From Pseudomonadota bacterium (GTDB taxonomy: Bacteria > Pseudomonadota > Gammaproteobacteria > Burkholderiales > Ferrovaceae): 64,000 nucleotides of DNA. The notes under the pieces are model-generated. The model was not told where the DNA came from, did not search any database, and worked only from the letters and a program-made list of their open reading frames with translations. The stretch lies in assembly GCA_028873535.1 (NCBI GenBank), contig JAGWIJ010000004.1:313-64312 (forward strand), written 5' to 3'. Each line of letters opens with the position of its first letter. Positions within the stretch are counted from its first letter, which is position 1. Positions 21,110 through 31,696 of the stretch are shown piece by piece. Both the position numbers and the translations under genes were made by a program.

Positions 21110-21904
21110 ATGGCTGATCCGATCGGCGATCCCCTGACCGGCGGCCCGCGCCGCCGCGGCATCTACCTGCTGCCCAACCTGTTCACCACGGCGGCGCTGT
21201 TCTCCGGCTTCTACGCCATCGTGCAGTCGATGAACGACGACTTCGTCGGAGCCGCCCAGGCGATCTTCGTCGCCATGGTGCTCGACGGGCTCGACGGCCG
21301 CGTGGCGCGGCTCACGCGCACCCAGAGCGCCTTCGGTGCCGAGTACGACAGCCTGTCCGACATGGTCTCGTTCGGTGCTGCGCCCAGCTTGCTGATGTAC
21401 GAATGGGCGCTGCAGCCGATGGGCAAGCTGGGCTGGCTGGGCGCCTTCGTCTATTGCTGCGGCGCAGCCCTGCGGCTGGCACGCTTCAACACCCAGATCG
21501 GCACCGTCGACAAGCGCTGGTTCGTGGGTCTGCCAAGCCCTGCCGCAGCGGCGCTGATCGCAGGACTGGTGTGGGTGCTGCACGGCGAATACCAGGTGGT
21601 GGGGCGCGATATCCACTGGTTTGCCTGGGGCCTGACCCTGTTCGCCGGGCTGTCGATGGTGTCGAACATCAAGTTCTACAGCTTCAAGGACATCAATCTG
21701 CGCCGCGCCGTGCCCTTCTGGGCGGTGCTGGTGGTGATGCTGGGATTCGTGGTGATCACCATCGACCAGGCGCGGGTGCTGTTCGGACTGTTCGCCGCCT
21801 ACGCCCTGCACGGCTACGTGCTGTGGGCACTGAGCCGGATCGGGCGCTGGCGCCGCGGCCGGCGGCTCAGCCCTGGAGCCGGAAGCTCGCCACGTCGGCC
21901 TTGA
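21110..21904 (+). CDS. pssA: CDP-diacylglycerol--serine O-phosphatidyltransferase
   Basis: ATG at 21110 lies 6 nt after GGAGG. The CDP-alcohol phosphatidyltransferase motif [26 protein letters not shown] is present. Confidence 0.88.
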   Translation: MADPIGDPLTGGPRRRGIYLLPNLFTTAALFSGFYAIVQSMNDDFVGAAQAIFVAMVLDGLDGRVARLTRTQSAFGAEYDSLSDMVSFGAAPSLLMYEWALQPMGKLGWLGAFVYCCGAALRLARFNTQIGTVDKRWFVGLPSPAAAALIAGLVWVLHGEYQVVGRDIHWFAWGLTLFAGLSMVSNIKFYSFKDINLRRAVPFWAVLVVMLGFVVITIDQARVLFGLFAAYALHGYVLWALSRIGRWRRGRRLSPGAGSSPRRP

Positions 21905-23486
21905 GGGTGTCGGCCACCTCGCGCAGGTCGACAGCCGTACGCGACACCGTCGCAATGGCCACGGCGTTTTCCTCGGAGGCCTGAGCCACCGTTTCGACCG
22001 AGCGTGCCAGTTCCTGCGAGGCCGCACGCTGCTCGTCGAGTGCGGCGGAGATCGACGCAATGGCCTGGCTGAGAGTTTCCGCGGAGGTGACGATGCCCTG
22101 CATCGAGCGGCCGGACTGCTGCGAACTCTCGACCACCTGCGCCACCATCTGGCGGCTGGTGTCCATGCTGGCCACCACCTCGGTGGCGCCGCGCTGGATG
22201 CGCTGGATCACTTCGCCGATGCTGTGCACCGAGGTGGTGGTGCGCTCGGCCAGCTTGCGCACTTCGTCGGCCACCACGGCAAAGCCGCGGCCCTGCTCGC
22301 CGGCGCGCGCTGCCTCGATGGCGGCGTTGAGCGCCAGCAGATTGGTCTGTTCGGCGACCTCGCGGATCACCGTGGTGATGCTGCCGATCTCGATCACGTC
22401 GCTGGACAGCTGCCCGACCTGGCTGGCGGTGTGTTCGACGCGGCCGGAGACATCGCCGACCTGACGCACCGCGGTTTCCACGCTGCCGGCGCTGCTGTCA
22501 GCCAGCGTGCGCGAGGCATTTGCGTGCTGATGGGCATCCTGGGCATTGCTGCTGACGTGGTCGATGCTGACGGTCAGTTCCTCGATCGCCGCGGCGGCCT
22601 GGGCGGTCGACTGCGACTGGCGCTCGCTGGCGGCCGAGGTCTGCTGGGCCGCGGTCGACAGCGAGGTGGCCGATTGCAGCACCGCCGTCGAGCCGTTGAC
22701 CACGCGTGCCAGCGTGGCGGATAGCCGTTCGCGCATGCGCTCCAGCGCCAGCAGCAGCTGGCCGATTTCGTCGTCCCCGGACGCGCGCGCGGCGCTGTCG
22801 CGGCGCAGGTCGCCGTCGGCGATCCGGGCGGCGATCCGGTTGGCCTCGTCGAGCTGGCTGCGGATGCGGCCGATGGCCAGCATGCCCTGCGCGCCCATCA
22901 GCGCGGCGGCCAGCAGCAGAGTACCGATGCCCAGCCAAAGTGCGCTGCGCTTGGCATCCAGGCCGCTCGCGGCGGCCGTTGTGCCGAGTTTCATGTTGTA
23001 CACGCGATGCGCATCGAAGGTGGCGAGCAGCTTCTCGGCGGCGGCGACTTCGTGTTCCAGCGCCGGCAGCAGCGCAGCGCGGTCATTGGCCCGCATGGCA
23101 GCCAACAGGCGCGCACGCGCTTCGTCGGAGGTCTGCAACTGTTCGCGTTCCAGGTTCCACAAGCGGCGGTCTTCCGCGTCGGCGAGCAGCGGCTCGTAGG
23201 CCGCCAGCTGGCGCTCCACGTCCTGGTGCACGGCGGCGATCCGGCTGTCCAGGTCGGCGCGCGCCGCCGGCGCGTCCTCCATGATCATGTGCGCGGTGCG
23301 CGTGCGCAGGGTGCCGTAGCTCTGGACCGCCTTGTAGAGGATGTCCAGGCTGGGCAACACGTTCTCGTTGGTGAAATCCGCGCGCCGGTAGATCTGTTCT
23401 GACTGGTAGAGGTTGACGCCGGTGATGCCGAGCAGACTCAGTACGGCGGTGGCGACCAGGAGCTGCAGCCGGTGGCGGATTTTCAT
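21867..23486 (-). CDS. Methyl-accepting chemotaxis protein (4-helix-bundle sensor, HAMP, MA domain)
   Basis: The conserved hairpin [38 protein letters not shown] is present, along with two TM segments and a HAMP domain. Its 3' end overlaps pssA by 38 nt (convergent). Confidence 0.9.
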   Translation of the reverse strand: MKIRHRLQLLVATAVLSLLGITGVNLYQSEQIYRRADFTNENVLPSLDILYKAVQSYGTLRTRTAHMIMEDAPAARADLDSRIAAVHQDVERQLAAYEPLLADAEDRRLWNLEREQLQTSDEARARLLAAMRANDRAALLPALEHEVAAAEKLLATFDAHRVYNMKLGTTAAASGLDAKRSALWLGIGTLLLAAALMGAQGMLAIGRIRSQLDEANRIAARIADGDLRRDSAARASGDDEIGQLLLALERMRERLSATLARVVNGSTAVLQSATSLSTAAQQTSAASERQSQSTAQAAAAIEELTVSIDHVSSNAQDAHQHANASRTLADSSAGSVETAVRQVGDVSGRVEHTASQVGQLSSDVIEIGSITTVIREVAEQTNLLALNAAIEAARAGEQGRGFAVVADEVRKLAERTTTSVHSIGEVIQRIQRGATEVVASMDTSRQMVAQVVESSQQSGRSMQGIVTSAETLSQAIASISAALDEQRAASQELARSVETVAQASEENAVAIATVSRTAVDLREVADTLKADVASFRLQG

Positions 23487-23557
23487 TGTGATCTCGTTAT
23501 CTTGGAGGACCAGATCGCTATTTCGGCAGCTTCCAGAGCAACTTGAGCGGTTTTGCG

Positions 23558-25171
23558 CTAAAGCCTGAAACCGGCGACGCTTGCCTGCAGGCCTTCGGCG
23601 ACGCCCAGCAACTGCTGCGCGGTGTCCGACACCGTGGCCACCGCGTTCGCGTTCTCTTCCGAGCCCTGCGCGATCGCCTCCACGTTGCGCGCCACGTCCG
23701 CAGAGGCGACACGCTGCTCGTCGAGCGCAGCGGCGATCGCCGCGATCGATGCGCGCAGCACGTCGGCCGACCCGACGATGGCCTCCATGGCGCCACCCGA
23801 TGCGCTTGCCGCCGCGACCACCTCGCCGACCATGTCGCGGCTGGTGCTCATGCTGCCGGCGGCTGCGAGCGCGCCGCCCTGGATGCGTTCGACGACTTCG
23901 CCGATGCCGCGTGCGGAGGCGGTGGTGCGCTCGGCAAGCTTGCGCACCTCGTCGGCGACCACCGCGAAACCGCGGCCCTGCTCGCCCGCGCGCGCTGCTT
24001 CGATGGCCGCATTGAGCGCCAGCAGGTTGGTCTGTTCTGCGACTTCGCGGATCACCGTGGTGATCTTGCCGATCTCCTGCACGTCCTGCGACAGGCCCCC
24101 GATCTGTTGCGCCGTGTGTTCGATCCGCGTGGCCACGGTGCCCACCCGGGCGGCGGCGTCACGCACCTGGCGGCCGCCGCTTTCGGCAACGCTGCGCGAT
24201 TCGAGCGCGTGGGCATTGGCATCGCTGGCATTGCGCCCGACCTCGTCGATGCTGACCGTGAGTTCCTGCACGGTTGCGGCCACGGCGGCACTGGCCTGCG
24301 ACTGCTGCTGGCTGGCGCTGGCCGTATGTGCCGCCGCTGCGGAAAGCCCGCCGGCCGACTGCCGCAGGACCTGCGCCGACGTCACGACCTCGGTCATGGT
24401 TTGGGCGAGCTGTGCGCGCATGCGCTCGAGGGCGCCGAGCAGCGCGCCGATTTCGTCCTGCTCGGCGCGACTCGCCGGGTCCGCCCGGCGCAGGTCGCCG
24501 TCGGCGATGCGCTGGGCGATGGTGTTGGCGCGCGCCAGCTGGGCGGCGATGCGCGCCCGTGCATAGAAACCCTGCAAGGCCAGTGCGATGGTCGCGGCCA
24601 CCAGCACGCCGATCGAGATCCACAATGCCGCCTGCTTGGCGGCCATGGCGCGGACGGCGCCCTGGCGCCCCAGTTCGGCGTTGTAGGCGATGTGGTCTTC
24701 CAGGGTCCTGGTGATGTTCTGCGCCAGATCGACGTCCTGCGCCATGAGCGCGATCGCCTGGCTGCGTTCGACCGCGCTGACCGCGGCCATCACCTTGTCG
24801 ACATGGGGATAGAGCTGCTCCAGCAGCGCGCGTTCGTCGTCCAGATACTGGCGGTCGCGCGCATCGGACACTTCGGCCTGGTAGTCGCGCAAGGCCTGAT
24901 CCAGTTCGCCGCGCGCCTTGCCGACCAGCGGTCCCAGCCGGGCGCGCTGCGCCGGGTCGTCGAGCAGGGTGAAGCGGTACATGCGCACGCGCATGCGGCC
25001 CAGCGCGGCCACCGCGCGGTCCAGCGTGACCAGGCTCGGCACCGTGTTCTCGTTGCCGTAGTTGGCGGCCGCATAGACGTGTTCAGCCTGGTACATGTTG
25101 GTGCCGGCGACCAGCAGCAGGGCGCAAAGCGCGGTGCACACCAGCAGCAGCAGTCGGGTCGAAATGGTCAT
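23558..25171 (-). CDS. Methyl-accepting chemotaxis protein, tandem paralog
   Basis: It has the same architecture and an identical signalling hairpin. The N-terminal sensor is alignable with the neighbouring MCP (NENVLPSL / NENTVPSL). Confidence 0.9.
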   Translation of the reverse strand: MTISTRLLLLVCTALCALLLVAGTNMYQAEHVYAAANYGNENTVPSLVTLDRAVAALGRMRVRMYRFTLLDDPAQRARLGPLVGKARGELDQALRDYQAEVSDARDRQYLDDERALLEQLYPHVDKVMAAVSAVERSQAIALMAQDVDLAQNITRTLEDHIAYNAELGRQGAVRAMAAKQAALWISIGVLVAATIALALQGFYARARIAAQLARANTIAQRIADGDLRRADPASRAEQDEIGALLGALERMRAQLAQTMTEVVTSAQVLRQSAGGLSAAAAHTASASQQQSQASAAVAATVQELTVSIDEVGRNASDANAHALESRSVAESGGRQVRDAAARVGTVATRIEHTAQQIGGLSQDVQEIGKITTVIREVAEQTNLLALNAAIEAARAGEQGRGFAVVADEVRKLAERTTASARGIGEVVERIQGGALAAAGSMSTSRDMVGEVVAAASASGGAMEAIVGSADVLRASIAAIAAALDEQRVASADVARNVEAIAQGSEENANAVATVSDTAQQLLGVAEGLQASVAGFRL

Positions 25172-25329
25172 GGCGGTAATGGCCTTGGCGTGGAATGGAA
25201 AGGCGTCAGGTAGTTCGCACTAGCGGCCGGCGGGCCGGGAACTTGAAGACGGCGCGCGCCGGCGCTTCCGTCTGCGGTGCCACTCGCGGTACAGTGCCTG
25301 CCCGCTCCGCCGGCCCGAGTCTTCCATCC

Positions 25330-26718
25330 ATGCCAGGCTTTCCCTCCTTTGCGCACTGGCGGCACCGCCTGCCGCCGGTGCTGCTGCGTCTGGGCTTCCG
25401 TCTCTACGAAGCGCTGCGCAGCGTGCGGCCGCGCGACCATCTGGTGCCGCTGACGCCGCTTCAGCGCGCCTTCGGTTTCGCCGCCTTCGTGGTACGCCGT
25501 TTCCACCGCACGCGCAGCCTGCAGACCGCCGGCAGCCTGACGGTGACGACGCTGTTCGCGCTGGTGCCGCTGCTGACCCTGGCGCTGACCGTGCTGACCG
25601 CCTTCCCCGGATTCAAGGTGCTGCTGGCGAAGGTGCGCGAACTGATGCTGACCCAGCTGCTGCCCGATGCGGCCAGCCGGATCATCGCGCTCTACATGAC
25701 CCACTTCTCCAACAACGCGGCACAGCTGCGCCTGGCCGGCACGCTGGTGCTGGTGGTGGCGGCGGCCATGGCGATGATGACGGTGGACCGCGCGTTCAGC
25801 GAGATCTGGCGTGTGCGTGCGCAGCGGCCCCTGGCCACGCGCCTGATCAGCTACTGGCTGCTGCTGGTGCTGGGACCCTTGCTGGTCGGCGTCGGCCTCA
25901 CGCTGTCGACCAGCCTGGTCCGCGCCTCGCTCGGTCTGGCGCACGGGCTGCCCTGGCTGCCGCGCACGCTGCTGGCGCTGCTGCCCTGGCTGGCCATCAC
26001 CACGGCGCTCACGGCGGCGTATCGCTGGCTGCCGCACCGCCATGTGCCGTTCGCGCACGCGCTGGCCGGTGGCGTGCTGGCCGGGCTGGGCTTCCAGCTC
26101 ATGAAGTGGCTGTTCAGTTTCTACGTGCACCACTTCCACGCCTACACGCTGATCTACGGCGCCTTCGCGGCGTTCCCGATCTTCCTGCTGTGGATCCAGC
26201 TGTCATGGTCGGTGGTGCTGGGGGGCGCGGTGCTCACGGCCAGCCTGTCGCACTGGCACCGCGACGCCTGGCGGGTGCCGCGCGACCATCCCGACCAGCG
26301 TTTCCGCGACGCGCTGCAGGTGATGCGCCTGCTGATGGCGCTTGGCGAGGAGGGCCTGGCCCTGCCGCAGCTGCAGCGGCGCGCCGGGCTGGGCTACGAT
26401 GACCTCGAGACGGTGCTGGAGCCGCTGCAGGCGGCGGCACTCATCCGCCAGGGCCGGCCGGGACGCTGGCAGGCCAGCGCGGGATCCTGGCATGCCAGTG
26501 TCGGCGATGTGTGGGTGCTGTTCCATCGCGGGCCGCTGGCCGGCGGCCACTGGTCGGGCGACGGCGAGTTGCGCGAAGTGGCGGCGGTGCTCGACGCCTT
26601 GCCGGCGCGTGAACTGGGCATGGGACTGGCCAGGCTGGCCGCCGTGCCCGCTGCCGCGGAGGCCGCTCAGACGCCGGCGGCGCCCTCCAGGATCTCGAAC
26701 TCGAACACGTCCACCTGA
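25330..26718 (+). CDS. YihY/BrkB family inner-membrane protein with C-terminal extension
   Basis: ATG at 25330. Contains QTAGSLTVTTLFALVPLLTLALTVLTAFPGF and multiple TM segments typical of YihY. Confidence 0.75.
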   Translation: MPGFPSFAHWRHRLPPVLLRLGFRLYEALRSVRPRDHLVPLTPLQRAFGFAAFVVRRFHRTRSLQTAGSLTVTTLFALVPLLTLALTVLTAFPGFKVLLAKVRELMLTQLLPDAASRIIALYMTHFSNNAAQLRLAGTLVLVVAAAMAMMTVDRAFSEIWRVRAQRPLATRLISYWLLLVLGPLLVGVGLTLSTSLVRASLGLAHGLPWLPRTLLALLPWLAITTALTAAYRWLPHRHVPFAHALAGGVLAGLGFQLMKWLFSFYVHHFHAYTLIYGAFAAFPIFLLWIQLSWSVVLGGAVLTASLSHWHRDAWRVPRDHPDQRFRDALQVMRLLMALGEEGLALPQLQRRAGLGYDDLETVLEPLQAAALIRQGRPGRWQASAGSWHASVGDVWVLFHRGPLAGGHWSGDGELREVAAVLDALPARELGMGLARLAAVPAAAEAAQTPAAPSRISNSNTST

Positions 26719-28196
26719 TAGGTGTGGTCGTCCAGGCGCACGGCACGTGCGCGCTGGCGGCCGTGCGCGCCGTCGAGGCCCCATTCGCGGCCGGCCTGGA
26801 AGGTGCCGCGGGCGGCCAGCAGCAAGGGCGGACGATTGAGCGCGGGCACCTCGGGCAGGCGCAGCCCCAGCCGGGGTGGGCCGCTTTCGGCGCCGGCCGG
26901 CTGCAGCGATACCACCTGGCAGGTCGGCGCCAGCAACTGCACGCCGCATTCCATCAACTGGTCCTGGCGGTCGTGCACCCAGCGCACGATGCCGGGCTGC
27001 CATTCGTCGACTTCCGGATGCAGGATCGCCACCACTTCGCCGACCGTGACATCGCTGGCGATCGGGCCGTCGCGCCGCAGCGCGAAGCCGCCCGGGCTTT
27101 CGTTGGCCACCTGCCAGTTTTCCAGCTGGGTGGTGAGGTCGCCGCGGCCGGCGGCAACGGCGCCGGCCACCAGCGGAATCCCGATCGCGACCGCGACGTC
27201 GTGGCCGCCGGTCTTGCGATTGGCGCCGCGCCGGGGTGGCGAGGTCCAGTGGCGTTCCAGGCGGGCCAGCAGGGCGTGCAGGGCGCCGCGCCCCTCGGCC
27301 ACCGGAATCAGCGTGAGTTCGGCGCTGTCGCCTGATTCGGAGCGACGCCGGGTGGCGCCGAGTTCCGCGACCAGACGCCCGGTGTCGAGCAGCTTGTCCA
27401 TCGGAGAGATCACCACGCCGCCCGAGGCCGCCAGCGGGCGCGGCGGCTTGTCCTGGCTGGCCTGGATCAGGAACACGCCATCGGTGTGGCTGACGTCGCG
27501 GTAGGGCTCGACCACCAGCAGGCGCTGGAAGTGCGACACCAGTTCAAGCACCGTGCGTGCCTCGCCCGGCTGCAGGTGATAGGGATCCATCAGCGCGAAC
27601 AGCAGGACTTCGCGATAGATGGCGCCCAGCGTGGTGCTGGGGTGGCCGCCGAAATCCTCCACCAGGCTGTTGTCCAGCCCATAGAACTGGGCGTAGTGGA
27701 AGATGTGGTGGATCTCCTGCCAGATCCCGGACGGGGTCGGGCAGTAGGTGCAGTAGGCAGTGACCAGGGTGTCGGCGAGTTCGCGCATGGCGCGGCACAA
27801 CAGGAAGGGCAGGGCCTTCTGGCCTTCGGCGGTGAGCTTCTGGGTATGTTCCATCAGCACGCGCTTGAAGCCGTAGCCGAGTTCAAGCTGGATGCTGCGC
27901 GCCACCGTGGCGGCATCCCGGAAGGGACCGGTCAGCGGCAGGCTGCCGACTTCATAGACGGCGGCAAGCTCGTCCAGCGTGGTCTTGGCGGTGGGCAACA
28001 GCGATTCCAGGGCGCGCAGGCGGTCGTCGGTCCTGGCGGGCGAACGGTTGGCCAGACACAGCCAGCCATTGAGCAGGCGGGCTGCCTCCGGCGCGGGCGC
28101 CTGCTCGACCTCGCGGATCAGCAGACCCAGCTGGCGGGGGCTGAAATCGGCGGCCTGATCGGCATCCAGCTCTGGTACCGCGAAACGGAACGACAT
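26667..28196 (-). CDS. Hypothetical 509-aa protein with PilZ-like C-terminal region
   Basis: No recognisable N-terminal domain. The C-terminal part has RRGANR, then 37 aa, then NESPGG, which resembles the PilZ RxxxR...(D/N)xSxxG c-di-GMP signature. It overlaps the yihY-like 3' end by 52 nt. Confidence 0.5.
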   Translation of the reverse strand: MSFRFAVPELDADQAADFSPRQLGLLIREVEQAPAPEAARLLNGWLCLANRSPARTDDRLRALESLLPTAKTTLDELAAVYEVGSLPLTGPFRDAATVARSIQLELGYGFKRVLMEHTQKLTAEGQKALPFLLCRAMRELADTLVTAYCTYCPTPSGIWQEIHHIFHYAQFYGLDNSLVEDFGGHPSTTLGAIYREVLLFALMDPYHLQPGEARTVLELVSHFQRLLVVEPYRDVSHTDGVFLIQASQDKPPRPLAASGGVVISPMDKLLDTGRLVAELGATRRRSESGDSAELTLIPVAEGRGALHALLARLERHWTSPPRRGANRKTGGHDVAVAIGIPLVAGAVAAGRGDLTTQLENWQVANESPGGFALRRDGPIASDVTVGEVVAILHPEVDEWQPGIVRWVHDRQDQLMECGVQLLAPTCQVVSLQPAGAESGPPRLGLRLPEVPALNRPPLLLAARGTFQAGREWGLDGAHGRQRARAVRLDDHTYQVDVFEFEILEGAAGV

Positions 28197-28439
28197 GGGC
28201 GGAACGCTTTCGAAGAAGGGAAAGGCAGAGCCTTCGACTTAACCGTGGAACTGAGGCGATTCTAGATCAATGCACACGCTACTTGCAGTTTTTTCGCATT
28301 ACAGGACTATAACTTGTTGAAAGGTTGAATGAATAGAGGGCGTTCAAGTGATCCGTCCGGCTGCCTGGCGGGCTGTCGGCCGCGCGCCGGCAGGGTGAAA
28401 CACTCGTCGCGGTGGCGTGCGCTGACTTATCATGCGCGC

Positions 28440-29093
28440 ATGTTCCCGGCCGTCAGCATCCCGTCCTCCCAAGCCAGACACGCGCTTGCTGCGCTGCTGG
28501 CGCTGCTGCTGCTGGGCAGCGCACCCGCGGTGCGCGCCGGCCAGCAGCGCGAGGAACCGCTCAGCGCCTCGGTGCGCTCGCTGCTCAGCCGCAGTGTCGC
28601 CGACAGCCCGACCGACCACAGCGGCCTGGGTGACGAGACGGCGGAGCGCAGCTGGCTGGCGGCGATGTCCGGCCGACTGGGTACGCGCATGCCGGATCTG
28701 CGCCAGCGGGTCGAGCTGCTGCGCACGGTGCACTACGAGGCCACGCGTGCCGGGCTGGAACCCGAGCTGGTGCTGGCAGTCATCCAGGTGGAAAGCGCTT
28801 TCCACAAATACGCCGTCTCGAATGTCGGTGCGCGCGGCTACATGCAGGTGATGCCGTTCTGGCTGCGCGACATCGGCAGTGCCAGCCAGGACCTGTTCCA
28901 CCTGCGCACCAATCTGCGCTATGGCTGCACCATCCTGCGCTACTACGTCGATCGCGAGCACGGCGACCTGTTCCGTGCGCTTGGGCGCTACAACGGCAGT
29001 CTGGGCCAGCCCGACTATCCGTCTCTGGTGCTGCAGGCCTGGAAATCCAACTGGGCCTCGCAGGGCCTGAGCAGCACCGCGCTGGCGCGCTGA
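28440..29093 (+). CDS. Lytic transglycosylase (SLT domain) with signal peptide
   Basis: The SLT catalytic region VIQVESAFHKYAVSNVGARGYMQVMPFW and a later YNGS motif are present. The signal peptide reads ALLALLLLGSAPAVRAG. Confidence 0.85.
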   Translation: MFPAVSIPSSQARHALAALLALLLLGSAPAVRAGQQREEPLSASVRSLLSRSVADSPTDHSGLGDETAERSWLAAMSGRLGTRMPDLRQRVELLRTVHYEATRAGLEPELVLAVIQVESAFHKYAVSNVGARGYMQVMPFWLRDIGSASQDLFHLRTNLRYGCTILRYYVDREHGDLFRALGRYNGSLGQPDYPSLVLQAWKSNWASQGLSSTALAR

Positions 29094-29106
29094 GGCGCCC
29101 GCGCGC

Positions 29107-29535
29107 TCAGACCAGCGGCTCGAACGCCAGCCCGCTGAAACGCGCAAAGTCACGATCGAAGGAAGCCAGTACGGCGCCGTGCTCGATGGCGAGCGCTGCC
29201 AGATGCGCATCCGTCGTGAGGTTGCCCGCGTGGCCGGCACCCGTCAGAAGTCGGGACAGCACCTGCAGATGCCGCTCTGTCGGATGGAGGATCCTGGTGT
29301 TCGGATGATCGACCCAATTCCGCACCAGCTCCAGCGCCTGCTGGTGATCGAGCGGGCGCGGCAGTATGGCGTGGCGGGTGCTCAGACGGATGAATCCCAG
29401 CAGGGACATCCATGCAAGGCCGACGCCATCGCGCGACTTGATGGCGGTTTCGAGCCAGTCGCGCGCCGCCGGGTGCTGCCGGGACGATGCATTGACGGCG
29501 TGAAGGAGGATGTTGACGTCGGGAATGACCATCAT
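29107..29535 (-). CDS. vapC: Type II toxin, PIN-domain VapC family
   Basis: MMVIPDVNILLHA... contains the first acidic residue, and TDAHLAALAIEHGAVLASFDRDF supplies the later PIN acidic residues. Its start overlaps the vapB stop (ATGA). Confidence 0.85.
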   Translation of the reverse strand: MMVIPDVNILLHAVNASSRQHPAARDWLETAIKSRDGVGLAWMSLLGFIRLSTRHAILPRPLDHQQALELVRNWVDHPNTRILHPTERHLQVLSRLLTGAGHAGNLTTDAHLAALAIEHGAVLASFDRDFARFSGLAFEPLV

Positions 29536-29804
29536 TCAGGAACTGAAGGTTGCTGGCCCATGCGCAGCAGGATGTCCAGATCTTCGAGTTCTCCAGCCAG
29601 GGCGTTGGCCTTGCTCAGGTCGACCTGTGGTTCCCCCAACTCGTAAACGCGCTGGCGGAACGGTTCCGCTGCGGGCATGGCCTGTCGTGTCAGTCCGGTG
29701 CGGATGGCCGCATTCAGGACTTCCTTGAAGGAGGCTTCGCGCTCGTGCATGGCACGCCGCAGCAGGGCCTCGACGTCTGCATCCAAGGTGACGGTGGTTC
29801 GCAT
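29532..29804 (-). CDS. vapB: Type II antitoxin VapB family
   Basis: The N-terminus MRTTVTLDADVEALLRRAM is typical of VapB-type antitoxins. The protein is 90 aa and lies immediately upstream of the PIN toxin. Confidence 0.8.
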   Translation of the reverse strand: MRTTVTLDADVEALLRRAMHEREASFKEVLNAAIRTGLTRQAMPAAEPFRQRVYELGEPQVDLSKANALAGELEDLDILLRMGQQPSVPE

Positions 29805-29805
29805 G

Positions 29806-29840
29806 GCATCATGACAGCAAAGTTCTTGCTGTCATGATGC
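29806..29840 (-). promoter_or_regulatory. Perfect 15-bp inverted repeat abutting the vapB start: candidate VapB(C) operator
   Basis: GCATCATGACAGCAA-agttc-TTGCTGTCATGATGC (29806-29820 / 29826-29840), 2 nt upstream of the vapB ATG. Confidence 0.55.
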
Positions 29841-29883
29841 TTTGGTGTGAGCGAGGCGTCAAGCCGCGGCACCCGCCCGCCTT

Positions 29884-31596
29884 TCAGTGGGCGATGGCGG
29901 CCTTGAGGGTGGCGACCAGATCGGCGGGGGCGATCTTGCGTGCCTCGGCATCGCGGCGTCCCTGGAATTCGACCAGGCCTTCCTTGAGGCCGCGCTCGCC
30001 GATCACCACACGGAAGGGAATGCCCAGCAGTTCCTGATCCGCCAGCAGCACGCCAGGGCGTTCATCACGGTCGTCGAGCAGCACGTCGAAGCCGGCGGCG
30101 CGCAGCGCGTCGTACGCGGTCTCGGCAGCGGCGCGCACGGCTTCGCTGCGGGCCAGCCCCATCGGCACGATGGCGACCTCGAACGGCGCGATGGCCCGCG
30201 GAAAGATGATGCCGCGCTCGTCGTGGTTCTGTTCGATCGCCGCCGCCACCACCCGGCTCACACCGATGCCGTAGCAGCCCATCTCGGCCGGGGTGGCGCT
30301 GCCGTTGCGATCGAGGAAAGTGACCTGCATCGCCTCGGAGTACCTGGTGCGTAGCTGGAAGATGTGGCCGACCTCGATGCCGCGGCAGATCTCGAGCGTG
30401 CCGCCACCGTCCGGGCTGGGATCGCCCGCTTCGACGGTGCGCAGGTCCGCCACCAGGTCGGGTTCCGGACAGTCGCGTCCGAAGTTGACGCCGGTGAGGT
30501 GGAACGGCGCCTCGTTGGCGCCGCAGCAGAAGTCGGCCAGCAGCGCGGCGCTGCGGTCGGCGATCACGCGCACGCGGCTGCGGTCCACGCCGACCGGACC
30601 GATGTAGCCCTTGGCGTCGCCGAAGTGTTCGCGGATTTCGGCGTCGCTTGCCAGACGCATGTCCGGCACCACCTTGTTGGCCTTGATCTCGTTGAGCTGA
30701 TGGTCGCCACGCATCAGCGCCAGCACCGGCCGGCCCTGGCCGTCGATCAGCAGCAGCGCCTTGAGGGTCTGCGCCAGCGCGATGCCGAGGAATTCGGCCA
30801 GCTCGGCATTGCCGGTCTTGCCGGGGGTGGGCACGCGCGTCAGCGCGGCGCCGGCAGCCGCACGCTGGCCGGCCGGTGCCAGCGCCTCGGCCAGCTCGAC
30901 GTTGGCGGCGTAGCCGCTGTCCGGGCACCACGCGATGGCATCCTCGCCCGAATCCGCCAGCACGTGGAACTCGTGCGAGCCCGATCCGCCGATCGCGCCG
31001 GTGTCGGCGGCCACGGCGCGGAAGTGCAGGCCAAGGCGCGTGAAGATGGCGCTGTAGGTGGCGTACATGCGCTGGTAGGTGGCTTCCAGCGAAGCGTAGT
31101 CCTCGTGGAAGGAATAGGCGTCCTTCATGAGGAATTCGCGCGCGCGCATCACGCCGAAGCGCGGACGGATTTCGTCGCGGAACTTGGACTGGATCTGGTA
31201 CCAGTTGACCGGCAGTTGGCGGTAGCTGCGGATCTCCTTGCGCGCCACGTCGCAGATCACCTCCTCGTGGGTGGGGCCGAACAGGAAGTCGCGCTCGTGG
31301 CGATCACGGATCTTGAGCATCTGCGGTCCGAACTTGTCCCAGCGTCCGGATTCCTGCCACAGTTCGGCCGGGATCACCGCCGGCATCAGCAGTTCGAGTG
31401 CACCGGCACGGTCCATCTCTTCGCGCACGATGTTCTCCACTTTGCGCAGCACGCGCAGGCCCAGCGGCATCCAGGTGTAGAGGCCGCTGCCCAGGCGCCG
31501 GATCAGGCCGGCGCGCAGCATCAGCCGATGGCTGACCAGCTCGGCCTCGCCCGGAGCTTCCTTGAGGGTGGAGATGAAGAACTGCGACGCGCGCAT
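29884..31596 (-). CDS. proS: Prolyl-tRNA synthetase
   Basis: ATG at 31596. The N-terminus is [46 protein letters not shown]. The protein is 570 aa and includes the editing insertion. Confidence 0.95.
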   Translation of the reverse strand: MRASQFFISTLKEAPGEAELVSHRLMLRAGLIRRLGSGLYTWMPLGLRVLRKVENIVREEMDRAGALELLMPAVIPAELWQESGRWDKFGPQMLKIRDRHERDFLFGPTHEEVICDVARKEIRSYRQLPVNWYQIQSKFRDEIRPRFGVMRAREFLMKDAYSFHEDYASLEATYQRMYATYSAIFTRLGLHFRAVAADTGAIGGSGSHEFHVLADSGEDAIAWCPDSGYAANVELAEALAPAGQRAAAGAALTRVPTPGKTGNAELAEFLGIALAQTLKALLLIDGQGRPVLALMRGDHQLNEIKANKVVPDMRLASDAEIREHFGDAKGYIGPVGVDRSRVRVIADRSAALLADFCCGANEAPFHLTGVNFGRDCPEPDLVADLRTVEAGDPSPDGGGTLEICRGIEVGHIFQLRTRYSEAMQVTFLDRNGSATPAEMGCYGIGVSRVVAAAIEQNHDERGIIFPRAIAPFEVAIVPMGLARSEAVRAAAETAYDALRAAGFDVLLDDRDERPGVLLADQELLGIPFRVVIGERGLKEGLVEFQGRRDAEARKIAPADLVATLKAAIAH

Positions 31597-31696
31597 GGTG
31601 AAGGTCCTGTGCGGAGAAAGCCGACATTTTAGCTGACCGCGCGCATTCCCCGGGGACGGCGGTAGACTGCGGGCTTGATCCTGTGCGCTGCATGCC

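Noticed and set aside
25238-25275. GGAACTT, resembling an ECF/RpoE-type -35 element, in the MCP/yihY divergent spacer.
   Set aside because: The nearest TCTG-like -10 is 26 nt away, against the 16-17 nt required. The segment is better explained as part of a GC hairpin.
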